Source: an uncultured Gammaproteobacteria bacterium (GTDB taxonomy: Bacteria; Patescibacteriota; Patescibacteriia; XYB2-FULL-38-15). From it: a DNA stretch of 64,000 nt. Made by a program: the position numbers and the translations under genes. The notes under the pieces are model-generated. The model was not told the DNA's origin. It did not search any database and saw nothing but the letters and a program-made list of their open reading frames with translations. Each line of letters starts with the position of its first letter. The stretch's first letter is position 1. Of this stretch, positions 20,504-30,200 are shown piece after piece. Location: contig OZ246416.1 in assembly GCA_965231095.1 (NCBI GenBank), positions 536,909-600,908 of the forward strand, in the 5' to 3' direction.

Positions 20504-20872
20504 TCACCAACCAACTACATCTTTTTCGTGGCGGAGCGCCGTCACTTTTCCCGCCCGGTCTATTTCTATTCCAATCGCATCAATTCTGAAATCTGCCTCA
20601 TACATCCGATGAGCGGAAAGATAGCACTCGGCCGTCATCGCCAACTTGTGCTGTTTTCTCGCGTCAATCGCGTCTTCCGGATAACCAAACTCCCGACTCA
20701 CCCTAGTCTTCACTTCGACAAAAACGACTGTCCCACTCTCTCTTGCCACGACATCTATTTCCCCTCCCCGCGTCCGAAAATTTTGGTCAAGAATTTGATA
20801 ACCCTGTTTCTTCAAAAAATCACAAGCCAATTTTTCTCCTAATTGTCCCAAATCCTGGCGATCGCGCGACAT
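20504..20872 (-). CDS. YraN-family (UPF0102) endonuclease.
   Basis: LGEKLACDFLKKQGYQILDQNFRTRGGEIDVVARE...VFVEVKTR. Confidence 0.8.
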   Translation of the reverse strand: MSRDRQDLGQLGEKLACDFLKKQGYQILDQNFRTRGGEIDVVARESGTVVFVEVKTRVSREFGYPEDAIDARKQHKLAMTAECYLSAHRMYEADFRIDAIGIEIDRAGKVTALRHEKDVVGW

Positions 20873-20875
20873 TTT

Positions 20876-21280
20876 TTAAGATAAGTATTTAAGATATTTT
20901 TGTTTTTTTTCCAATTCATTTTTTTCTTTCGGCATTTTTTTCACGGCGTAAAGAATAACAAAAACTGCCCAGACAACAAGGCCGATAAACCAAAACAAAA
21001 ACCAAAAACGGCTCCCTAACAAATAGATCTGTTCATAGCTGAAAAACAACACGACGAAACCAACAAGCCCCATGGTGGAAAACATTTTTTTTAATTTTCT
21101 TAAAAGTTTTATGAGTGGCGGATTCTGTTTTTTGGTTTTTGCCATAGCGCCGCAAACAATCGCCAGCGCCAAAAATACGGCAAAACCAATCGCCAAAAAA
21201 ATCGTTGTTTGATCGCTTGGAGCAGTGGGTCGCAAGGCAAACCAAAAATTTAAATCTAACAATCTTCCAAAATTGAACAT
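20876..21280 (-). CDS. Small integral membrane protein (hypothetical).
   Basis: 3-4 predicted TM helices. Confidence 0.4.
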   Translation of the reverse strand: MFNFGRLLDLNFWFALRPTAPSDQTTIFLAIGFAVFLALAIVCGAMAKTKKQNPPLIKLLRKLKKMFSTMGLVGFVVLFFSYEQIYLLGSRFWFLFWFIGLVVWAVFVILYAVKKMPKEKNELEKKQKYLKYLS

Positions 21281-21301
21281 AGTCGTTTCTTAATTTTATT
21301 T

Positions 21302-21874
21302 TTAATTTTTAGAAAAAACCAAACCGTAATGATATGGGCCAGCCTTGAATTCTTTTACTTCCCCCATGCCATTTTGTGCCGCCATCTGCCTTACTACATC
21401 TTTATTTAAACGCCGATCAAGTGGCGGACCAAGCGGCGCGGCAGCCAAACCCCACTCCAGAACCACGACTCTCCCACCCTTCTTTGTAAGTCTCACCGCT
21501 TCACGAAAAACTTCTTCTCTCTTGGGAATTTGGAAAAGAGTGTTTGCCAAAAGAGTTAAATCAAGACTTCCCTCTTTAATATCCGTCGCTCCGTAAATTT
21601 CAAGATTTGACCAAACGACTTTTACATTACTTACTCCCTCAAGCCTTGCCCTGCTCTTCACCGCTTCAAGAACTGATTTTAGGAGATCCACTGCGTAAAC
21701 CGTTCCTTGCTCTCCGACAATTTTTGCCGCGGGAAGAACAAAGTGCCCGGCCGCGCCACAACCCAGGTCAGCCATTTTTTCCCCCACTCCCAGCCCGACT
21801 TGTTCAAAAATAAAATAAGGGTCAAGCAGAATATTCCCGCCGGAAATTTTTAAAATTTTTAATTCTTCGGGCAT
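21302..21874 (-). CDS. Class I SAM-dependent methyltransferase.
   Basis: Motif I ADLGCGAAGHF. Motif II VYAVDL. Confidence 0.75.
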   Translation of the reverse strand: MPEELKILKISGGNILLDPYFIFEQVGLGVGEKMADLGCGAAGHFVLPAAKIVGEQGTVYAVDLLKSVLEAVKSRARLEGVSNVKVVWSNLEIYGATDIKEGSLDLTLLANTLFQIPKREEVFREAVRLTKKGGRVVVLEWGLAAAPLGPPLDRRLNKDVVRQMAAQNGMGEVKEFKAGPYHYGLVFSKN

Positions 21875-21907
21875 AAAATTTAAAAAATTAATTTATTTTT
21901 TAAAAAA

Positions 21908-22159
21908 TTAACGTTGCCCAAACAGCGGTCCAAAAATCGCCATAAGCAATCCCTCAATCATTCCTGTCATAATCATGAGGGAAATAATAATCGTCAGCAA
22001 TCCGAGAAGTTTAAAAAAAATTCGCGTTCCCCCTTCGGAGCCGAGATGAATCTCTGCCCAATTAATCCGGCCGAAAAAAGATAAAAGCCATTCTGATCGG
22101 ATCACCATTATTGAGCCGACAACTATTCCAATAATTCCGACAATAATTCTTGTAATCAT
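21908..22159 (-). CDS. Small membrane protein (hypothetical).
   Basis: Two hydrophobic helices. Confidence 0.35.
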   Translation of the reverse strand: MITRIIVGIIGIVVGSIMVIRSEWLLSFFGRINWAEIHLGSEGGTRIFFKLLGLLTIIISLMIMTGMIEGLLMAIFGPLFGQR

Positions 22160-22169
22160 AATTTAATCA

Positions 22170-22386
22170 TGGACGCTATAGGATTTGAACCTATGACCCT
22201 CCCTCACTTTCACCTTTAATCTTTTTACCTCAAGGTAAGCCAACATTTTTACAAATGGGCGGCGAGGGAGTCGAACCCCCGACCTTCTCGGTGTAAACGA
22301 GACGCTCTAACCAACTGAGCTAGCCGCCCAAGGGGCGGAGAAGATAAAAGAAAGTGAGGGATGCTCTTCCGCTGAGCTAAGCGTCC
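22170..22386 (-). tRNA. Interrupted tRNA gene. The 5' half (22357-22386: acceptor, D-arm, anticodon-stem 5' strand) and the 3' half (22170-22204: anticodon-stem 3' strand, variable loop, T-arm, acceptor) are separated by ~150 nt that contain a complete tRNA-Val. Anticodon not determinable.
   Basis: GGACGCT TA GCTC AGCGGAA GAGC A TCCCT CACTTTC ...[insert]... GTGAAAGTG AGGGA GGGTC ATAGG TTCAAAT CCTAT AGCGTCC A. Perfect 7-bp acceptor pairing between the halves. 12-bp inverted repeat TCCCTCACTTTC/GAAAGTGAGGGA at the junctions. Confidence 0.5.
22256..22329 (-). tRNA. tRNA-Val (TAC), nested inside the interrupted tRNA.
   Basis: GGGCGGC TA GCTC AGTTGGTTA GAGC G TCTCG TTTACAC CGAGA AGGTC GGGGG TTCGACT CCCTC GCCGCCC A. 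Confidence 0.9.
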
Positions 22387-22391
22387 TCAAA

Positions 22392-22455
22392 TGCCCGGGA
22401 GAGGATTCGCCCAGTCATTCGACTGGGCGTCGGGTCGAATGACCCGACGAACCCC
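22392..22455 (-). other. tRNA-Leu 3'-end-like fragment (17 nt) adjoining two tandem perfect hairpins. Probable pseudo-tRNA or att-like remnant.
   Basis: gaatcctctcccgggca vs tRNA-Leu gagtcctctcctgggca. Hairpins gcccagtc-attc-gactgggc and gtcgggtc-gaat-gacccgac. Confidence 0.35.
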
Positions 22456-22495
22456 GCCATGAGTTTTGTCCCCGCTTCTCTAATATTTTTCAAAA

Positions 22496-22579
22496 TGCCC
22501 AGGAGAGGACTCGAACCTCCAATCCCGTGAGGGAACATGCACCTCAAGCATGCGCGTATACCAATTCCGCCACCTGGGC
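22496..22579 (-). tRNA. tRNA-Leu (GAG) with a long variable arm.
   Basis: GCCCAGG TG GCGG AATTGGTAT ACGC G CATGC TTGAGGT GCATG TTCCCTCACGGGATT GGAGG TTCGAGT CCTCT CCTGGGC A. Confidence 0.85.
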
Positions 22580-22622
22580 AAGGTATCTCTCACCTTAACA
22601 CCTTTTCTCTACTTTGCCAACC

Positions 22623-22823
22623 CTACTTCTGTTCCCAACTGATAGCCTGCACCGGACAATTTTCAATCGCTTTTTGAATACAATCTTTGTTGGCTTTGTA
22701 ATCAACTCCTTCGAGTATTTCTGACTTTCCGTCATTAAGCTTAAAAACCGCCGGACAAAGCGATTCGCAAAGTCCGCAACCAATGCACAGGCCTTTGTCT
22801 ATTTGTGGTTTCATATAAATCAT
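22623..22823 (-). CDS. 4Fe-4S ferredoxin (66 aa).
   Basis: CIGCGLCESLCP and CIQKAIENCP cluster motifs. Confidence 0.85.
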   Translation of the reverse strand: MIYMKPQIDKGLCIGCGLCESLCPAVFKLNDGKSEILEGVDYKANKDCIQKAIENCPVQAISWEQK

Positions 22824-22920
22824 ACGAAATTACGAAATGGATACGAAAAATACGAAATTAATAACATCCCCTCCGTTTATTTTTTCGTACATTTCATAAT
22901 ATTTTCGTACTTTCGTAATT
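22824..22920. repeat. Array of TACGAAA/TTTCGTA heptamers (4 direct, 3 inverted) immediately upstream of the ferredoxin start codon. Candidate iterated operator.
   Basis: atacgaaattacgaaatggatacgaaaaatacgaaatta ... ttttcgtacatttcataatattttcgtactttcgtaatt. Confidence 0.6.
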
Positions 22921-22921
22921 A

Positions 22922-23668
22922 TCAAAACAATCTATTTTTTCCAACTATAATTTTTAACTGGCGGGGTAAAATTTTAACTTCGGCCGGCGTGCTAATCAAT
23001 CTCAAACCATCAACTAAAATTTTTGACCCTTCGCCCCCCTCCAAAATCACCTTACGAATTGGGAAATGGCTTTTCCCTTCCTTTATTAAATTTCCTCTGC
23101 CGAATTTTTTTAAAAAATTTCTTTCAGATGGCCTGATCATTGCTTCAAGATAACCATCTTCCGGATCTGCCTGTTCTTCCCGCGTCGGCAAATTATAAAT
23201 TTCCACTAAGTTATTCGCAATCGACCTTACCTCGTATTCCTTCCCGTACTTCAAACTTACTTCCGAGCCCGCCTTCAGGTGCGCCAAAAAATAAACATCA
23301 TTAATTTTTCCCAAATCCAATTTTCTTATCAAGCGGCTGGACAAACAGTCGCAAGCCAAAAGACCCTCCTCAACTCCCAGGCTTCTTGTTATTTCATTTT
23401 TTGGGCCAATGGGAATCATGCCCAAAGTCAGATCAAAGTCTCCTACGGCATTCACAACACGGCAAAGCGTTTCATCATTTCCCACTGCCACTATTGTGTC
23501 CACGCCCCTTTTTATTCCTTCCAAAATCAATTCTCGCGGGTCACGAAAAAGATTCAAGCGATTTACCCGCCCCCCAAGACCAAGATCGGCAAGACGGTTT
23601 TCAATAATCGTCATTGGGCGAAGATACTTTTCCTCCGAGAGGAAAGCATCATAAATATATTGGTACAT
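22922..23668 (-). CDS. DAGK-catalytic-domain / NAD-kinase-like lipid or NAD kinase.
   Basis: DTIVAVGNDETL (GGDGT-like) and IPIGPKNEITRSLG motifs. 248 aa. Confidence 0.45.
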   Translation of the reverse strand: MYQYIYDAFLSEEKYLRPMTIIENRLADLGLGGRVNRLNLFRDPRELILEGIKRGVDTIVAVGNDETLCRVVNAVGDFDLTLGMIPIGPKNEITRSLGVEEGLLACDCLSSRLIRKLDLGKINDVYFLAHLKAGSEVSLKYGKEYEVRSIANNLVEIYNLPTREEQADPEDGYLEAMIRPSERNFLKKFGRGNLIKEGKSHFPIRKVILEGGEGSKILVDGLRLISTPAEVKILPRQLKIIVGKNRLF

Positions 23669-23688
23669 AAAAAACTCAAACTCAAAAA

Positions 23689-24096
23689 CTATTTCTTGCC
23701 ATTTTTTTTCAAGGCGTCGTTATCCTCCGGACGAGGGAGCGGCAAGGCGTCACTGCCCATTGTGCATTTTCCGTTCAAAACCGCGCCAGCGGCCATAATT
23801 ACGGTCTTGGCTTCAATATCCCCGTAAATTTTTGAAGTGTCGGTGAGCTCTAATCGTCCGCCCGTTTTTACATTACCTTTCACTTCGCCGGCGATAAAAG
23901 CATTCGCCGCAAAAACACTGGCGGAAATTTTTGCCCCCACCCCGACTTTTAAATCTTTTTCCGTTTTCAATGATCCGTGAACCACTCCCTCCACGGTTAC
24001 GTTTCCCTTGCTTGAAAAGTCCCCCTCAACTTTTACCGAAGGTCCGATAATTGTCTCTACATCCCCTCCCTCTTTCTGGTAGTTTTCTTTAAACAT
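23689..24096 (-). CDS. Bactofilin (polymer-forming cytoskeletal protein).
   Basis: Beta-helical repeats VKVEGDFSSKGNVTVEGVVHGSLKTEKDLKVGVGAKIS...GEVKGNVKTGGRLEL. Confidence 0.8.
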   Translation of the reverse strand: MFKENYQKEGGDVETIIGPSVKVEGDFSSKGNVTVEGVVHGSLKTEKDLKVGVGAKISASVFAANAFIAGEVKGNVKTGGRLELTDTSKIYGDIEAKTVIMAAGAVLNGKCTMGSDALPLPRPEDNDALKKNGKK

Positions 24097-24170
24097 AAAT
24101 TTAACTTTAAATCTCTTAAATTACTATTTTATCTTACCACCAATCCATGCCCGAAACAAGCTTAATTTTT

Positions 24171-25868
24171 CTACATCTCCTCCGGCGCGGCTATGCCTAA
24201 AATTCCCAGACCATTAGCCAAAACAATTTTCACCGCGTCGATCAAGGCGACTCTCGCCCTCTCTGCTTCCAAGTCCGCGCCAATAACTTTTACATCGCGG
24301 TAAAAATCGCTAAAAGCCTTTGCTAAATCATAAAGATAATCTGCGAGCACGGCCGGATTACGGGCTCCCGCCGCTTTTTCCAGAATCTCGGGAAACTTCG
24401 CGAGCAGAACCATCAAATTATATTCCCACTTTTCTTGGAATTTATCAAAATCAACTTTTCCCGATATTTTTGTTCCCGCCTTGCGAATGATGGAACAAAT
24501 TCTCGCGTGGGTGTATTGCAAATAAGCGGCCGTGAAACCTTCAAAATGCAGGGCTCTATCAATATCAAAAGTGATGGTCTGTTCTTTTCCCACTTTTATC
24601 ATTTCAAATTTTATCGCCCCAACCACAATTTTTTTTGCCGTCTCCCGGATTTGTTCCTCGCTCCAATTGGCGTGGCGTTTTTTTATTTCACCCAGTGCCC
24701 GTTCCGTCGCCTCGTTCCATAAATTTTCAAAAGTTATGACATTGCCGGTCCGCGAAGACATCATGCCGCTGGGCAGTTTTACAAATTCATAACCCAGGTG
24801 GGTCATTTTTTGTTTATAGCCGAGCAACTCTAAAATTTTAAATAATTGCTCAAAATATAAACTCTGCCGAACGTCAACCACGTAAATTGATTCGTCCAAT
24901 TTATATTTTTTAAATTTTTTTATTGCAAGCGGCAGATCTGCCACGGGATACAGCGCCGTTCCGTCGGAGCGCAAAAATAACAAAACTCCAAGATTATATT
25001 TTTCCAAATTTGCGATAACCGCGCCCTGACTTTTCACCAAAAAATTCTTTTGAAAAAGCTCATCAACCATTTTCCTCCCCTCATCAATCACTTCACTTTC
25101 ATAAAAAATTTTATCAAAACTAACTTCCATCTTTTCGTAAATTTTCGCGAATTGTTTAACGCTCCACTCCCTCGTTTCCTGCCAAAGTTTATATTCCGGT
25201 CCGCGCCGACTTTCAATTTTTGCCATCAAGGCGCCAACCGCTTCTTTGGCAGTCGGGTCTTTTTCTATTTCCCCGGTCGAACGAGCGTAAATTTGTCCCA
25301 AAAAATATCCCAAATTTTCCGGCGGCTTCTCATTTTTATAAAATTTTTCATAAGCCCAAAGAGTTTTCGCCACGTGAATTCCAAAATCATTTATGTAGGA
25401 CACTGAAATTGCTTTATTTCCGACGGCGGCAAGGAGCCGGGAAACCGCGTCGCCATAACAAAGATTTCTAAGATGCCCGACATGATATTCTTTGTGAGTA
25501 TTGGCGTTGGAAAATTCTATCATCACTCTTTTCCTTTTTCCCAAATTGCTCTTTCCGTATTTTTCCTTATCTTTCAAAATTTTATTCAAAACCAACCTCG
25601 CCATTTTTCTTTTATCAAGAAAAAAATTAAGATATGGCCCGGCGGCGGAAATTTTTCCGACAATTCCGGCCGGCTTAATTTTTTCTCCTAACTCTTTGGC
25701 AATTTCCGGCGGAGAATTACCAAGTTCTTTGGCAAAATTAAAACAAGGCAAGGACAAATCGCCAAATTCCGGATTCGGCGGAAAAACAAAATCCTCTTCC
25801 GATGTCGGAAGCTCCGGAAAATATTTTTTAACCAAGCCGGCAGTTTCTTTTTTTATTTTTAACCACAT
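24171..25868 (-). CDS. argS: Arginine--tRNA ligase.
   Basis: HVGHLRN (HIGH-like). C-terminal DALR anticodon-binding region AAYLQYTHARICSIIRK. 565 aa. Confidence 0.9.
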   Translation of the reverse strand: MWLKIKKETAGLVKKYFPELPTSEEDFVFPPNPEFGDLSLPCFNFAKELGNSPPEIAKELGEKIKPAGIVGKISAAGPYLNFFLDKRKMARLVLNKILKDKEKYGKSNLGKRKRVMIEFSNANTHKEYHVGHLRNLCYGDAVSRLLAAVGNKAISVSYINDFGIHVAKTLWAYEKFYKNEKPPENLGYFLGQIYARSTGEIEKDPTAKEAVGALMAKIESRRGPEYKLWQETREWSVKQFAKIYEKMEVSFDKIFYESEVIDEGRKMVDELFQKNFLVKSQGAVIANLEKYNLGVLLFLRSDGTALYPVADLPLAIKKFKKYKLDESIYVVDVRQSLYFEQLFKILELLGYKQKMTHLGYEFVKLPSGMMSSRTGNVITFENLWNEATERALGEIKKRHANWSEEQIRETAKKIVVGAIKFEMIKVGKEQTITFDIDRALHFEGFTAAYLQYTHARICSIIRKAGTKISGKVDFDKFQEKWEYNLMVLLAKFPEILEKAAGARNPAVLADYLYDLAKAFSDFYRDVKVIGADLEAERARVALIDAVKIVLANGLGILGIAAPEEM

Positions 25869-25887
25869 AGATCTTGAAACTTGAAAC

Positions 25888-27234
25888 TTATAACTTGAAA
25901 CTTACTCTGATAAAATGTCTTTTCCCTTTTTGCACCAAAACTCCGTCGGCGGGAATTTCCACTACGGCGTTAATGTCATTAATAATTTTATCACCAACTT
26001 TTACGCCGCCCTGTTCTACCAATCTCCGCGCTTCACCCTTACTGGCTGCCAATTTGGTTTCCGTAAGTAAGTCCAATACTTTATACTTACTACTTGATAC
26101 CTTATACTCAACCACTTCTTCCGGTGCTTCTTTTTTCTGAAAAATTTTAACAAAATTCGCCTCCGCCTTTAATGCTATGGGTTCGGAATAATACATAGCT
26201 ACAATTTCATGAGCTAAACGCATCTTAGCATAACGTTTGTCACCATCTAGAATGTAATCTACTTTAGTCATCGGCACACGTGTACAAATTTCATAAGCCA
26301 CGCGCATTAAAGTATCTGGCCAACTCATAACCTTTCCGTACATTTCCTCTGGACTATCTTCTAACGTCACTACATTTCCTTCGGTTTTACCCATCTTCTT
26401 CCCCATTGGATCAACTAATAATTTTGTCGTCAAAACAAATTTTTCCTTATGTTTTAAAAATTTGATCAGATGGCGACCCACGAGCATATTAAAAGTCTGG
26501 TCGTTACCGCCAACTTCCCCGTCAACGCCCATTGCCACGGAATCATAACCCTGCATTAAGGGATATAAAAACTCATGTAGATAAACTGGCTTGGGGGCTA
26601 TAACGTCCTCCTTACTAAATAATCTATATTCTCTACAAATTGGACAAAAATTTTTATTATTCTCTAATCTAGAAGTTTCAAAATTTTTAATAGAGCCAAA
26701 TTGGATTGGCGAGTCAGAAATATTTTTACATACAGGGCATCTCCATTTCCAAATAAGCCTTCCTTTAAACATATCTCGATCGGCCATCTGCTGAACCGTA
26801 AAGTGAGACGCGAGTTCTAGCACATCCGCAAATTTCAATTTTCCCAACCACTTGCTATTATATTTAATTTCAACTTTTTTCATGTCCAAAATTTTTCCGG
26901 CCTGTTTGGCATAATTTTTACAATTGGCCAGCACTTCTTTGCGAGTCAATTTTTTCCGCGTCGCCGTTTTGTCCGTCGGGTCGCCAATCATTCCGGTGAA
27001 ATCTCCGATCAACAAAATTATTTTATGGCCAAGTTCTTGAAGTTCGCGGAGTTTCAAAAGCACGCTGCCATGGCCAATGTGCAACGTTGGCCCGGTTGGA
27101 TCAATGCCATTATAAATTGTTAATTGTTTTCCACTCTTCAATGCTTTTCCAAATTCCTCGCGCGAGGGATAAACGTTTTCCACTCCCCGCGTTAAAAATT
27201 CTTGGATTTTTTTCTCGTCAGTATTTACTTTCAT
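25888..27234 (-). CDS. tyrS: Tyrosine--tRNA ligase with a C-terminal S4 domain and an inserted CxxC...CxxC zinc-ribbon-like segment.
   Basis: HIGH = LHIGHG. KMSKS-like KMGKTEGN. S4 AASKGEARRLVEQGGVKV. Insertion CPVCKN...(28)...CPICRE at aa 166-201. Confidence 0.85.
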   Translation of the reverse strand: MKVNTDEKKIQEFLTRGVENVYPSREEFGKALKSGKQLTIYNGIDPTGPTLHIGHGSVLLKLRELQELGHKIILLIGDFTGMIGDPTDKTATRKKLTRKEVLANCKNYAKQAGKILDMKKVEIKYNSKWLGKLKFADVLELASHFTVQQMADRDMFKGRLIWKWRCPVCKNISDSPIQFGSIKNFETSRLENNKNFCPICREYRLFSKEDVIAPKPVYLHEFLYPLMQGYDSVAMGVDGEVGGNDQTFNMLVGRHLIKFLKHKEKFVLTTKLLVDPMGKKMGKTEGNVVTLEDSPEEMYGKVMSWPDTLMRVAYEICTRVPMTKVDYILDGDKRYAKMRLAHEIVAMYYSEPIALKAEANFVKIFQKKEAPEEVVEYKVSSSKYKVLDLLTETKLAASKGEARRLVEQGGVKVGDKIINDINAVVEIPADGVLVQKGKRHFIRVSFKL

Positions 27235-27238
27235 AAAT

Positions 27239-30200
27239 TTATTCTAAAGATTTTAATTGCTCTTTAATTTTTTTAACCTTTTCTTTTTGCAATCCCAATT
27301 TCTCTTTTTCTCCAGCCACAAGTTCTTTGGGTGCGTTTTGGAGAAATGCCTTATTGGATAATTTATTTTCTAAAACTCCCAGATATTTTTCCGCTTCGGC
27401 CAATTCTTTTTCCAGGCGCGCTTTTTCTTTGGGAACGTCAATCAACCCGGCCAACGGCAAATAAATTTCGATGCCCCCCGCGATCGCTCCGGCCGACCAC
27501 TCCGGTTTTGCCCCGGATTTTTTAATCACCAAATTTTCCACTCGCGCCAAGCTTCTAATAATTCCCGCCTGCTCTTCCAAAAATTTTGTTTTTGCGCCGC
27601 CATACATTTCAACCGAAACCCTCTTCGCCGGCTCTATCTTATAATCAGCCCGCATGGCGCGAATAGCGACAACAACATTTTTCAAAATCTCAAAATCTTT
27701 TTCCGCTTTTTTATCAATCAACTTCTTTTCCGTTTTCGGCCACTCGGAAATCATCAATAAATTTCCGCCAAAATTAGGCCACAACTCCTCGGTCACGTAT
27801 GGCATAAACGGATGCCAGAGTTTAACAATTAACGAGTAACAATTAACAAGCAACAAATTGTTTGGTTGGATTTTATTTATTTCAATATACCAATCAGCAA
27901 ATTCGTCCCAGCTGAAAGCCCGCAATTTTTCTCCGGCCTGGGAAAACTCAAAATTATCCAGGTGTTTTGTAACCTCGGCGACGACATCATTCAGCCGCGA
28001 TAAAATCCACTTCTCCGCCAATGTTAAATTTTTACTTTTTAATTGTAATTTTGACTTTTGACTTTTGACTTTTGACTTTTCGATCACATATCTTCCAATA
28101 TTCCACAGTTTATTTGTAAAATTTCTAAAACCCGCGATTTTTTCGTCACTTAATTTCATATCATTTCCCGGCGAAGTGCCAAGCACCAAAGAAAGCCGCA
28201 CCGCGTCCGTGCCGTATTTTTCTATCATATCCAGGGGATCAATAATATTGCCAAGCGACTTGCTCATTTTTCTTCCTTTTTCATCGCGGATCAAGCCATG
28301 AAGATAAACATTATGAAACGGAATATCGCCTAAAACATAAGTTGTCATCAAAATCATTCTCGCAATCCAAAAAAATAAAATATCATAACCGGTTTCCAAA
28401 ACAGAAGTTGGATGATATGTTTTTAAATCTTTTGTTTTTTCCGGCCAACCTAAAGTTGAAAAAGTCCAAAGCCCGGAAGAAAACCATGTATCCAAAGTGT
28501 CGGGATCTTGTTTAAGATCTTTTTGGCCGCAGGCGGGACAAGAAACCGGAGCGAATTTTATCTCCAAAGATCCGGCCGGTTTTGGATAATCAAGTTTTAA
28601 AAAATCTTTGTTGCTCGCGAGATTGGTCTTAAAGCCCTGCACCATGCGACAAACGTCACCGTGCGTTACAACCAATATTTTTTTTCCGGCATATTTTTTT
28701 GTCACCTCTTCCAAAAATTCAAAAACTCTGGATTTTAAACTTTCAAAAGATTCAATTCCCTTCGGGTTTCCGCTCTGCCAGGCTTCAAAATTATTTTTTC
28801 TAAAATTATCAAGTTCAAAATCGGGCCCGCCCTCAAATTCCCCAACCCCGACCTCGCGTAATCTTTTATCTTCAATTATCGGAAGATGAAGATTTTCATT
28901 TATAATCGCTGCCGTATCTTTTGTCCTTTTAAAATCTGAGCAAAAAATCACGCTGAAATTTTTATTTTCAATTTCCTTGGAAATTTCACGAATCTCTTTT
29001 TCCCCATTTTCGGTCAAACCATTTGTCTGCTTGGAAACGTCCGAATTTAATTTATTCGACAAATTACTCTTCGCTTCCCCGTGGCGCATAAACAAAATTT
29101 CCGTCGGCGCAAAATCGGTCACGGCCGGCTCGTTACACTTTGCGCAATACCAAACCGGAATCTGGTGCCCAAACCAAATTTGGCGGGAAATATTCCAATC
29201 GCGCAAATTATCAATCCAATGAAAATAAGTTTTACTAAAGCGCTCGGGAATTATTTTTATTTTTCCGCCCTCTACCGCTTCACGCATCAATTTTTTTAAT
29301 GTCTTTCCGCCGCGCCGTTTTATTGGTTTATTAACATTAACAAACCACTGTTTTTTAATCTGTGGCTCAATCAATCCCTCGCCGCGCGAATTTATCGCCA
29401 CCCGATGAACATAATTTCCATCAATATGATCAACTAAACCCTTGGCCCGAAGTTTTTCCACAATTTTCTCCCGCGCCTCGCCAATTTTCATTCCGGCAAA
29501 TTCTCCGGCAATCGGAAGCAACTTGCCATCAAAATCAATAATCTGCTCTTTGTCCAAATTATGCCGCTCGGCAATTTCAAAATCTGTCGCGTCGTGCCAC
29601 GGAGTAATGGTCATCACCCCGGTGCCAAAATCCATATCAATCGCCCTATCTTTAATAACGGTGGCGGTTATTTTACCGTTGATCCACTCCACCGTTAATT
29701 TTTCCCCGTGCTTATATTTTTTGTATCGCTTGTCATCCGGATGCATCACTACATATTTATCTCCGAACTTTGTCTCGGGCCGAGCCGTACTGATCACAAA
29801 CGGCCCATACTTAAAATAATAAAAAGGAATTTTCTGTTCAATCCATTCCACCTCATCGTCGGAAACTGTAGTTTGGAGCGCCGGATCCCAATTTACAATT
29901 CTCTCCCCGCGGTAAATCAAACCATCATCATACATCATCTTAAAAACCGTGCGCACGGCCCGCGACCGCGGCTCATCCAAAGTATAGGCCTCGCGCGACC
30001 AGTCGCAAGACGATCCCATTTTTTTGATTTGATTTTTTATTGTGCTTTTTGTGCTTGTAATAAATTTTTCCACTTCACCCAAAAATTTCTCCCGGCCCAA
30101 ATCATGGCGAGTTTTTCCTTCCCGCTCTTTCAAAAGTTTTTCCACTTTGGTTTGTGTGGCAATGGCCGCGTGATCCGTACCCGGGAGCCATAAAGTCCGT

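Noticed and set aside
22207-22356. Group I intron within the split tRNA.
   Set aside because: The insert is only ~150 nt and mostly consists of a complete tRNA-Val. That is too short for a group I catalytic core, so it is left as an unexplained nested arrangement.
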